From positions 63,860,001-63,924,000 of the forward strand of contig OZ287755.1 of the NCBI GenBank assembly GCA_965649765.1: DNA of 64,000 nucleotides. Direction: 5' to 3'. The translations under genes were made by a program, and so were the position numbers. This document shows positions 53,560-64,000 of the stretch, piece by piece. The notes under the pieces were generated by a model, which ran no database searches, was not told the origin of the DNA, and was given only the letters and a program-made list of their open reading frames with translations. The first letter of the stretch is position 1, and each line of letters begins with the position of its first letter. Origin of the DNA: Bispira polyomma (lineage: Eukaryota).

Positions 53560-54870
53560 CAGGTTTAAGGTAACCTTAATGTTTAAGGTTCAACAACCAA
53601 ACTGTAGGTAGGAGCTAGTAGGTTCTGCAACTTGTGGGTTACCTGTAGCCCAGACTCTTGGGTGTCTAAAATACTTCCAGAGTAATCAGATATCCATGTT
53701 CCATGTTTTTTGATTTCCTGCATGGACACGTTGGAGTTAAATGCCAATGTGGTGCCCGAGCATCTAAAAGGGTGGAAGGGGTGTATAGCAGGGTCAATGC
53801 CACTAGCTAGTAATACTTTCTTTATATGCCTTCTAAGCATTGCATCATTTAATGAGACTCACACCCCTTTGTTTTTTTACCTGGAATAGCTGATCATTAT
53901 CTAAGCCTGGTATTAACACTAGTATATTTCTAATAGCTTTTACTGGACACAGAGAAGAGGAGCCAAAGCAGGGAATTTTGATTGATTGAATTTTGTTTTG
54001 GAACTGCATGGTTTTTGTCCATTTCAGGAGAATAGGAAGACCAGGAGTAGCAAAGAAAAAATCCCCTTTGGTCAAGTGTATTGATGGATCGGTGGTGGAA
54101 GCATATAGAAGCATGTGGGACTATGTTTGAAATTCTGAAGAAGGCATACATGCCAGAAGATAGGAGGCCTTGTACATCAAGCCATGAACATACAGTCACA
54201 TGCGGAGACAATCTTTAATAAATCATTTACCTTGCACACCTCCCCTTTTCTGTATGGTGAGAGGCCTATTTATTAGCAAGGACCTCTGAAAAAGCCTAAT
54301 TATATCATCAGAAAATGCTTGTATTGATACACCATAAACTGTTAGACTGGACTTCACTGCCGCCATGTAGTTGGCAACTGTATGAGAGAGGTCTTTTTGA
54401 AGACTAAAAACTCCATAAAGGTCACCAACAGTGGCACTATTACATTTTTGACAGAACATGATACAAAACATGCAAAACCTATAAATATTTTATACATCAC
54501 CATGTATGCCCTATGTGTGGAAAGCCTGAAGACAGTGGCTAGCCTGTCCCTAGCACCAGTTGTGAAGGCTCTAAGAAGGTGACTCTTACCTAAAATGACA
54601 TTTATAGTTTAGATTGACCAATCTAATTCGAATATACCATACATGTTCCCAACACACTTTTGTATTATGTCAACTTGTGCCTTACTACCCACCCATGTGG
54701 ATAAGGCGTTGGCTACTGTATTTTCTATACCATGTACATGCACGACATTGAGGTCAATATTGTATTTAGCAGTGTGGAGTAATACATTCCTTGCACAGGC
54801 TGCCAGGTATTTGTCACTGGTTCTACCTGTGTTCAACACAGACACCACTGACATGTTCAGTGAGGTTGCG
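53560..54870 (-). mobile_element. DIRS-order element 3' part (RNase H end + tyrosine recombinase pseudogene)
   Basis: HVHGIENTVANALS...LDWSI* followed by YR fragments (NYMAAVKS, FFRISNIVP, LKWTKTMQ, LCPVKA, FHPFRCSGTTLAF, HGTWISD). Confidence 0.9.
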
Positions 54871-57800
54871 AGAACACCAGCTAGTAGCAAACTCGTTCAG
54901 TGACTGGGGGTGAAGGATGTCTAGCCGAACTACTTTTGTAGAAGGCTGTAGTTGTCGCAGTACATTTTTGGCACCAACTGGGACGGACGTATAATTTTAT
55001 TGGTAACACCGGATTTGTCTTCCAGAGAGATTTTATCTATTTGTGTCAGTCAGAGATTTTATTGGTAACATCGGATTTGTGTTCCAAAAATGTGGTGTAG
55101 AAAACGTTTACAGAGAGGATCATATACTAGTGTTCCAGTTGGTGCCCAGTAATTTTTCGAAAGACTTGTGTTGTTTCGCTTCTAATTTTGACTGTGGTCA
55201 GCAGTTATGTGGAACTTCAAGAAACCTAAAGGATTAAGTGCTGGTCGGATAGTAGCGATTAGAGCCAGCAAAGTGACTGTCCCAGAAACGGCTAGCATGC
55301 TAGGGGAGAATCTAAGAGAACCAAGCAGAAAGGGACCAACGACAGCTTGTTCAGACTGTCAGGTGGAGCACAGGGTCGAGGTCCGATAGACATTTCAATG
55401 CCAACGTCTGTGGCAGCGTCAAGCAGTCAGTTTCCTAGTCGTACGGGAACGAGAAGTGTAGTCAAGGCGAGACTCGCAGCTGAGGCTGATAACAGGCTTC
55501 CTGTGTCAGAGCTAGCTGGTCAGATGAATTCACAGCAACGACTTGGCAGTGATGGGCATCAGATGTTAGATGTCGGTCAACAGCTTACCAAGGGCAGTGG
55601 TGATTCTGACGTCAGATGTACTTCAGCAGTTGGGCCAGTTGACGCAGGCGGTGCTTTCTTTGAAGGATGTTAACTCGCAGCTGATGAAACGGGTGGATAC
55701 TATTGAATCAAGTACAAGTTCGGATGTTGTGGCTGAGTCTGGTGACAGGGCAGCAGTCCCAGTAGTATCCGTTAACCCCTCCGAAGATTTCTCCCTCACT
55801 GGGTGGGGCGAAATCGTCACTTGAACAGTTACAAACTTTTGGATCCGGTTTGAGTGGTGTTAGTTCGGATCTGGCTGTGCAGCAGGAAGTTCAGAGGAGA
55901 CTACTGGTGATGGAGGACCAGGAGGATCAAGTACTGGACTTTGGTATGTCAAATTTTAAAGCTAGTAATTGAAAAGTTACGTCTGTTCAGAGTTTTAGGG
56001 GAAACCCCATGTACGAGGTTGGTGTATTGGCCTCATGATCTGTGTTTCATTGGAAGTGACTGTGAACGAGTAATGTATGATAAGCTTACATTACTACAGT
56101 GGTCATTAGGTTTCAATAGATGTATTCTTAAAGAATCTGATTTGCAAGTACAGCAAAACATGCTTAAGTATAGTACTGAGTTAATGCAAAATGCCATGGA
56201 TCTCGGTTGGTCAGTAGCAAAAGGGGCTCACAGGGTCGTTATGTGCAGTATGAAGGACGGTTTGTTGACCTGGGCTGAACGAGATGAAGTGAACGAGATT
56301 AGGCGGCAGTTTGCCCAGAGACAAGTAGTGGCTAATGCCAAGTCGGGTTATGTTAAGTCAGCTTCCGGTTTCTCCAATAACAGGGAAGTCTGTACCAAAT
56401 TTCAGTCGGGCACTTGTGAATCTAGTGTAGACCACAAAGTAGGCAATGTTTGGCTCAGGCACGTTTGTGCTTATTGTATGAATACAGTGAATCGACCATA
56501 TCCTCATAAGGAAATAGACTGTCAAAAGAAAAAAGCAAAAAATGGCGGCACTACCTCTCGGCAGTAAATAAGGCAGTAAAAGTTAACAATTATAAGAATG
56601 TTGAGAGGCCTAGTCAAGTCACTGAAAATATTGTTTCACCACCGGCAGTACAGCCGAGTTGTAATGTTAATGTAGGTAAAAGTGTTCATAATGTTAGAAA
56701 TAAGGTTAGCTGTAAAGACAATTGGGACAATGATAGCTTTAAACAGTCCAAACAGGACATTAAAACTATTTTGCAAGGCAGTAGTACTGATAAGTTTATA
56801 GACATTGAAGTGAAGTTAGCCAGTAATGGCTGTGCATGTTGTTTAAAGTGACAGCAAGACATGTGTACTTGCATAAGATGTATATATTGTCTGGTTAAAC
56901 AATCCCTTATGGGGAGGGGGCATGATAGTTTGCTTGAAGGTGAGCAGAAACCCATGTTAAAACAAGTATTTACTGTCAAAAATACTAGTTGTCTGGATTT
57001 TCATCGGGTTATGTCAGGAACATGTGTTAAATATACACAAAATGGCTGGATTTCAGCAAGTCCAGTATTTCCTTTCGCTAGCAAATCTCAAATTCACATC
57101 ACTGCGAGACAGTCTGCGCAGAAGCCTGTAAATAGTTTGGGCGGAAATAATCACACTCACTTGAGTTTAGGCGGCAATACTCCCACTAAATTCTGTCGGA
57201 ACGGTTGGGGAATGCACTTTAATCCTCGGAAACTTGGTTTTTTACTTTGTCCTTCCGAGGGAGGCACACGCACCACTTTTTGCGACACGTGTAGTATTGT
57301 TGTGTCTGGAGTGTTCCATAGTTTGGCGCGTGGCGTTGTTTGTCACGCATTAATACATTTTCTCTTATATGCTACACCAAGTCTGGTGAGGTGGTTGGTG
57401 CGTGTCACTGGTGTGCACGCAGGTATATGTCTGACTAGGCGGCAATGCTCTGTCAGCACTGCTAGAGTGCATACCATATTTGGACACACACTGAAGTTGT
57501 ATAATACAAATGAGTTTAGCAACTTTATTAGTAGAATTTGTGTACACATGTATGGCTCATGTACGAGCCTGGTTTATTTTCTGTATTTTCTATGACAGCA
57601 GTCTTATCTCTAAAGCAATAACCACAGGTCTTATCAGTATTTCAAATACAGACTTAACTGGCAGTTGTATTCATAGCAAGGTTTGACCATGTATATTTGG
57701 CCCTGTTATTGGACAGTTTACACTTGGTTGTATTAAAGCAGTGTGTCATAGTCATGTTACCCAAAGTCTGTGTAGTATTATTAAATATGTATATGGCAGT

Positions 57801-60800
57801 CTGTGTAGTATTATTCAGTACCTATATGGCATTTCCATCCTTGTTATTAAATGTTGTACTTATGCGTGTACTTATGTGTATATGTGGCAATGGTTACACT
57901 TGTGTAAGTTCACTCTTGTTCGCACAGCACAGGTTGTACTTGACAGGATGTACAGTTTAGTTGGTCTGCACATTTGGTGGTTTTTGTATTGGTTCTATAC
58001 ATACGTTGGGTATCTTATTGTTCACATTTGTCGGCATACAGAAAGTCATACTGTATACAGTAATGTCTCACCAGGTACTCATATAGACAGTAGTCAAGAC
58101 CTTTCTTTATATTATAATGGTCATTATATAAAATGTACATATCCTGGACAATTTAAATTTGGTTACTTACCAGCAGGTAGTCAGTTGATGCCAACTAATG
58201 GCAGTTGCAATTCAATTACTTGTGATTCAGCAGTACAGCTGAACAAAGTTGTTAATAGTTATGGTGGTTGTTTTAATTTTCTGTATCCACGTATTCCAGT
58301 TCAGTCTACACTGAACATATCGGTTTGGAGAAAGTTATTGGACAATTATTATGACAAACAGTTAGTGGAATTATTGGAATTTGGTTTTCCTGTTGATATG
58401 CAAGACCGGTCTGTTTTCACTCATCAAGACAGTAACCACCCTTTAGCAGGTTCTTACCCGGATCATATTGCACATTACTTAAACACTGAACATAAACATG
58501 GTGCTATTGAAGGTCCTCATGAGACCCCCCCTTGGATAATATGCATATTTCACCTATGCTCACTCGACATAAGCCTAATTCCCTCAATCAATGGGTGATA
58601 ATTGACTTGTCTTGGCCTAGAGAACATTCTGTGAATGCTAGTGTAGCTAAAGGTGTGTTTCTAAATACTAAGTTTGAATTGACTTATCCAACAGTGGATC
58701 ATATGGTAGATTACATACAACAGTGTGGATCAGATTGTTACTTGTTTAAAGTGGACCTCCAGCGGGCGTTCAGAAACTTAAGAGTTGACCCTCATGATTA
58801 TCACTTACTAGGGCTATATTGGCAACAGCAGTATTATATTGATAAAGCGGTCCTCTTTGGTTTAAGATATGGATCTCATTATTGCCGGAGAATGACTGAC
58901 AGTATTTGCCTTATTATACAAACACAGGGATATGGTGTTTTTAGCTACAATTAAGACATCATAGGTATCGATGCCTCTTATGATGAGGCTATGGCAGCGT
59001 ACACTTTCTTACTAAAACTGCTGGCAGATTTGGGCCTTCCAGTTAGTCCGGCTAAGTTGGAGCCCCCTAGTAAATGTATTACTTGCTTAGGACTTAACAT
59101 TGATGTTGAAAAGGGTATAAGTTTGCCACCAGATAAATTACTTGAGATCACTGATTTGTGTGTTAATTGGTCTAGTAGAAAGTTTGCAACCAAAAATCAA
59201 ATTCAGAGCATTGCTGGTAAGCTATTGTATATTAGTAAGTGTGTGAGGCCTGCTAGATTATTCATCAATAGAATCTTACAAGCGCTTCGCACTTGCCCAG
59301 AAAGAGGCAGGTTTAAGATAAGCAGTTCTTTCAGAGCAGATGTCAGGTGGTTTGTACAATTTCTAGCACAATTTAATGGTGTTGTATTGTATGATAAGCC
59401 ACTTCAGCATGGTAACATTGTATATGTAGATGCTAGTTTAACTGGACTTGGGGCAGTATATAAAGACACTGGTTATCATGTAGAGTTGTCCAATCTCAAG
59501 GATCCACCTAAACGTATTGTTCACTTAAAAATGCTTAATGTGTTCACTGCTCTCACTGTGTGGTTGTCTTCATTCAAAGGTTCTCATGTAATTTTGTATT
59601 GTGACAACTTGGATGTAGTCAATGTACGAAATTTTAACAAGGGTAAAGATGCTTATCTTTATACAGTAGCTCGGCACATTTGGTTACTCACGGCGTCACA
59701 TGACATTACTTTGCAGGTTAAACATGTGGCGGGTGTGGATAACTTGGGGGCGGATCTGTTATCTAGGTACTCAGACTCAGCAAAACGGTCACAATTTGAT
59801 GCCAGTTTTCAGCAGTTGCAACTGCTCCAGGTTCCCTGTCATGCCACCTCCCTCACTTGGGACATTTAATGATTGTTATTAATGATTGTGTATATGTTTG
59901 TTCTTACAGGTTCCACCCAGTTAAAACAATTACTGTCTGTGGCTTCAGCCCGGGCTAAAATGGCGTATCAGTCCAAAACTCGGGCTTTGTATTATAGGAC
60001 TATGTCCACCTTTCTTAAGTTTTGTGTTACCAATTCTGTTTCACATCTTCACTACTCACTTAGTGTGGTTCTGGCTTACATTGAGCACTTTGTTTAAATT
60101 GGGCTCACTTATTCCTCCATTTAAAATCATTTGTCAGCCTTAAAGCATTATTTCAGAAGGTTTGAATTGGATATGGAAATTTTTAGTCATGTTCATGTAA
60201 TCATGCTTCTCAAGGCTATCAACAACAATGTCACTAGACATGTTAAGGTAAAAGACATTTTTGGGGTACAAGATTTAATAAATATTTGTGCACAATCTGA
60301 CAGGTTCACCCATGGTATAGTTTTTAAGGCTGTGTTCTTAGTGGCTTTCTTTGGCCTGTTTAGAATAAGTAAACCAGATTTGGTAATACAGGTTAGATGG
60401 ACTAAAACCATGCAAAGTAGACAGACTAGTGTGTTGTTACAGTCACCTTTTATTGCCGGTTCTCCGCTTTGTCCAACACAAGCGGTTGAATGAATGTTTG
60501 ATTGCTACCCGGCTTCTCCAGATGCACTACTTTTTGTATTACCTGGCTCACAAAGTCAGTACAAAATTTTGACGGATGTCAAAGTGTGTTAGGTGTTAAA
60601 GGACATTTTAGGAGGCCTTGGCCTCAATATTCATACTCTTGGTTTTCAGGCGTTCAGGGGCTTCCCTTCTGTTTCAAAATAATGTTCCCTTGCAGTGTCT
60701 TCAGGCACATGGGACTTGGACCTCAGATGCAGTTTGGGCTTATTTGCAAACTGGGGCCAATCTTTCCACCATCCCTCAAGCTCTTCAGGACATTAAAAAT

Positions 60801-60990
60801 CTAGTAAGTATTCCAACTCTCTTCTTACTTACTTGTTTGGCTTGGGGTGGTTATTATTCTAGTATTCACTTCAAATATCACATAAGCTGTAATGGTGGTA
60901 GCCATTGGCTAATACTTGTGTGTGGTATAACCACAAACTGTCAGTGTAGTGACATAGTGGCTACCATTTATGTCATTCTATAAAAGAATG
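54870..60990 (+). mobile_element. Near full-length decayed DIRS-order retrotransposon (gag, RT/RNase H, YR)
   Basis: Gag ~55400-56567 (YWPHD, LTLLQWSLGF, LGWSVAKGAH, CCCH/CxxC fingers); RT/RH ~58150-59869 (LEFGFP, KVDLQRAFRNL, YVDAS, YCDN, HVAGVDNLGADLLSR); YR ~59910-60800 (FFGLFRIS, WTKT, FRRSGA, HGTWTSDAVWAY). The YxDD motif is disrupted by a stop at ~58952. No methyltransferase ORF is visible. Confidence 0.93.
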
Positions 60991-61639
60991 CATGGAAAAT
61001 AAAAAAAATATACAAAGAGATATTGTGTTATATATTTGTGTTACCTCAAGGTCAAAAATGGATTGGTCACTGATTACATGTAATGACAATCCTAGAGTTT
61101 TCCCAATACTTTCTCCACGTTCTGAGAACTATTACTATGTTTATCATTTATAACTTGACTATTCCTATATCGTCCATCTACATAGACACTGTTAGTGCAT
61201 ATACACAGTTATTGAACCTAACCCCACCCCTTTCAGACGGCTATCCAACTTAATTATGGCAGTGTTGGATTTTTTGTAGTTGAATATGGTAACCTGTTAA
61301 ACTCGGCTACTAAACAAATCTTCATCTAGTAGCTACTAAACAAATCTTCATCGCCTTGGGTTAGCAGCCCTCTTTACGGTTGTTTACATTCGATTTAGGA
61401 ATATTCTAGAAGGTTCACAGCATTTTGCTATGTTTCGCAGGGAACCTAGTATGGATTGTAGTTTGAATTTTGTTGGGGGTTTTTGGTTCTTTTACTGTGT
61501 GCATGTTTTGACTATTAGTAGTAGTTTTTTATGTGGGATGACAGTGTCTTGTTAGTGTCAATTAGTGTTCCAAGGCACACACATTGAGTGCTGGGAGGTA
61601 CCAGTTTTTTCTCACTTATTTTGAGACCCAACTCTTAGA

Positions 61640-62969
61640 TTAATTGATTTGGAAATTTGTATGTTGTACTTTGCTGGAAAGGCCACAGCCAATAAGATCA
61701 TCACTATATTTGATCATTCTTTTATTGTGTATCTTACACTTGCACTTAGGCGTTGGAATATTTGGCTTCCATGTGGGCCAAAGGGAAGACATGTATCAAC
61801 ATGGAAACCATCCCAGTACAAGTCTAGTAAGTGATGATCCCAAAGATCCATTTTTATATGCCTGAATTCTCTGGAACTGTCTATTTGATCTTCCGGCCAG
61901 CTCATGTCTATTATGATCCGTCTATTGACACAGTTTGGTGTCTCCCGGGTCATGAAGGGTGAACAATGCAAGTTGGTTATTGGATTTTTTGAGAATGGAC
62001 CTACTGCGTTGTAGTGATTTTATTCCTCCAGGTAGGTTTTTATAAGACTATGGTATTGTTCAGCCGAATTGTGATTGTTATAATCACAGTTTAATGGTGT
62101 TGCACGATTAAAATATAAGGGAAATCCGAATTTTATACATTGCAATAATTGGGTGAGATATTTCTCCCACTGATCAATGTGTAGTTGGAATCAGACTGGA
62201 CCAGGGGTTCGACGGAAGCAAAAATTCACGTCCCGAATACAGTTTGTCAAAAATCTGATTCCAGGATACCGCAAACCAAATAAACCCAATTACAGCCAAA
62301 CGAATAGACCCTCCAGAACAGGAAGTACTCGAAACCAAACCAAAACAACATGAGCAGTTTGCCTAAATACAACTAAAATGTACTAAAAACTCACAAATAC
62401 CGGCATTGACTTTTGCACTCGGCCGGCACATAAAATGGTCTCCAACAGACGATATCAGCAGTGTTGACACAGCCCTAAACTGGACACCATGCATTTTAAA
62501 AGTTAAATTTACCTGTACTGCTGAGAAATTTATGTAATGCAATTGGATCTGTGCTACCGTTTTCAGTGATGTCCTCATGATCCGGATACACTGAGAATTC
62601 TGTAAGTGAAATGAAGCCAAAACCTTGTTTATTCTGTTGCATGCACTTCTCATATAATTCTGAACCTTGGGCCAACTCAGATGGGCTCTTTTTGTTAAGG
62701 TTGCCCATAAATTCTAGTTCATCATAACTATCTTCCATACCATTGTGGTGTAAGTCGTTCGCCTTATTTACATTGCATTGTGTTGTGTTTTCTATACAGA
62801 CCTGTGGCTGTTCAATTATGTTTTGACTTTCTAATTCATGCACACTTTTATATAAATCGGTTTGTGTACCACAACTAGTTTCACATGAAACTTTACCATT
62901 TTCAATAATACTATGTTGATTTTCTCCCACTATTTCTAGGTTTCTACCTTCACTACTTGTCGTTCCCAT
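61640..62969 (-). mobile_element. DIRS-order RT N-terminal remnant
   Basis: GFGFISL...LHKFLSSTGKFNF, IKFGFP, HCSPFMTRETPN..RRIIIDMSWPE and DTCLPFG motifs. Confidence 0.85.
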
Positions 62970-63367
62970 AAATTGGAGGGTGGGATTTTGCGGGGGCCTG
63001 ATGGTGGGGGGTCTGGTCTTGACCTCTGTTTGTCGTGACTATTATATATTTGTGTCAACCCTAGCCTGGTTTCCTTATTGCATCATCTGCTCCCACTTTT
63101 GCATAGCAGTGTATAGATAGACAGATAGACTTTATTTCAGGCCCAAGGCCCATATTAAAATATAATTTGTACAAGATAAAACAGCATCACACAAAAACAT
63201 AATAAATATGTACACTAGTAAAAAGGTTCTGTATGAAAGGCTTTAAAATATATGACATACAAGATAAAAGACATATCTGATAATACCACATATGCTCCTG
63301 TACAAATTTCTCCATGCACCTGATGCACCACAACTATATATATATATACTGTGATATTAAATATAAA

Positions 63368-63622
63368 TTAGCATCTACCTTCACACACCCTCGCTCCTCC
63401 GATGGTGTGTCTTTTTCTAAAGGACATTTAAGGAAACAAAACCTAAAGTAGACAACAGTAGACAAACCTAGTTTGGCAGCAAGCATATTCATGATAAACT
63501 CGTCAAGGCTAATTCAAGGCATTAAATTTTGAGGGATAGACATATGGGATTTACCCACCCATTATGTACATGAGTCACACATGTATTCATTTCTTGCCTT
63601 AAATTAAATCTGGTTAACTTGT
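63368..63622. repeat. ~250-bp dispersed direct repeat, copy 2
   Basis: Same orientation and sequence blocks as 52393-52652. Confidence 0.9.
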
Positions 63623-64000
63623 GGTATATACTAAACCTTGGACTGCACTGTCCAACTTTGACTTACTTAGACAAATGTGGCGTAAAGTGGCGTAGCTTAT
63701 GTTTTGGGAGGGGGGGGGGGCAATTAGGCGGTGCAAAAAGGGGGAATGGGTAGGGGTAAGAATTGGGGTAGGTGGGACGAGGATTAATTAAATATATTGG
63801 AGGGGGGATGTGGAGGGGTGATAAGTTTTACAAGGTATAATTGACACCACCACCTTTTATTGTTTGTGGAGGGGGAAATGGGGAAGGGTTAGAAGTGGTG
63901 TAAGTTGGACAAGGATTAATAGGCCCAACTTGGACTCTATATTATATATGTCATATATGTGTGGGCTTGATATTTACAATGGGCACTTAGATATTACTTT

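Noticed and set aside
55944-55990. Short 47-nt intron inside gag explaining the frame change
   Set aside because: The other gag copy reads through the equivalent region as coding sequence, so a decay frameshift is simpler. It is not fully excluded.
58991-59869. Functional RT/RNase H gene
   Set aside because: The upstream RT is frameshifted and the YxDD motif is destroyed by a stop, so it is treated as part of a decayed element.

Overview
AT-rich, repeat-dense eukaryotic (animal) genomic DNA. It is probably lophotrochozoan/molluscan, inferred from SINE type, the TLR and the PAN-type genes. Host genes: (1) an intronless SLC46/PCFT-like MFS transporter (12036-13481, +); (2) two tandem 5-exon paralogs on the minus strand (27421-33613 and 35166-39059), each encoding signal peptide + PAN/apple-like Cys domain + Thr-rich stalk + a conserved C-terminal domain, with all splice sites and phases reconstructed by hand; (3) a 2-exon Toll-like receptor (48355-51423, -) with a degenerate copy of its 3' end just downstream. 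Mobile DNA: a decayed PIF/Harbinger with intact TIRs and TTA TSD, a Harbinger-type MITE, tRNA-derived SINEs, many CR1/L2-type LINE remnants, and five or more decayed tyrosine-recombinase (DIRS-order) retrotransposons. The most interesting signals are in the DIRS-like elements. Phase-matched splice sites, seen at equivalent positions in diverged copies, would fuse the Gag N-terminus to the tyrosine recombinase. Their 3' ends carry an array of palindromic GGTNACC repeats. Boundaries of decayed repeats are approximate, and no database searches were run.
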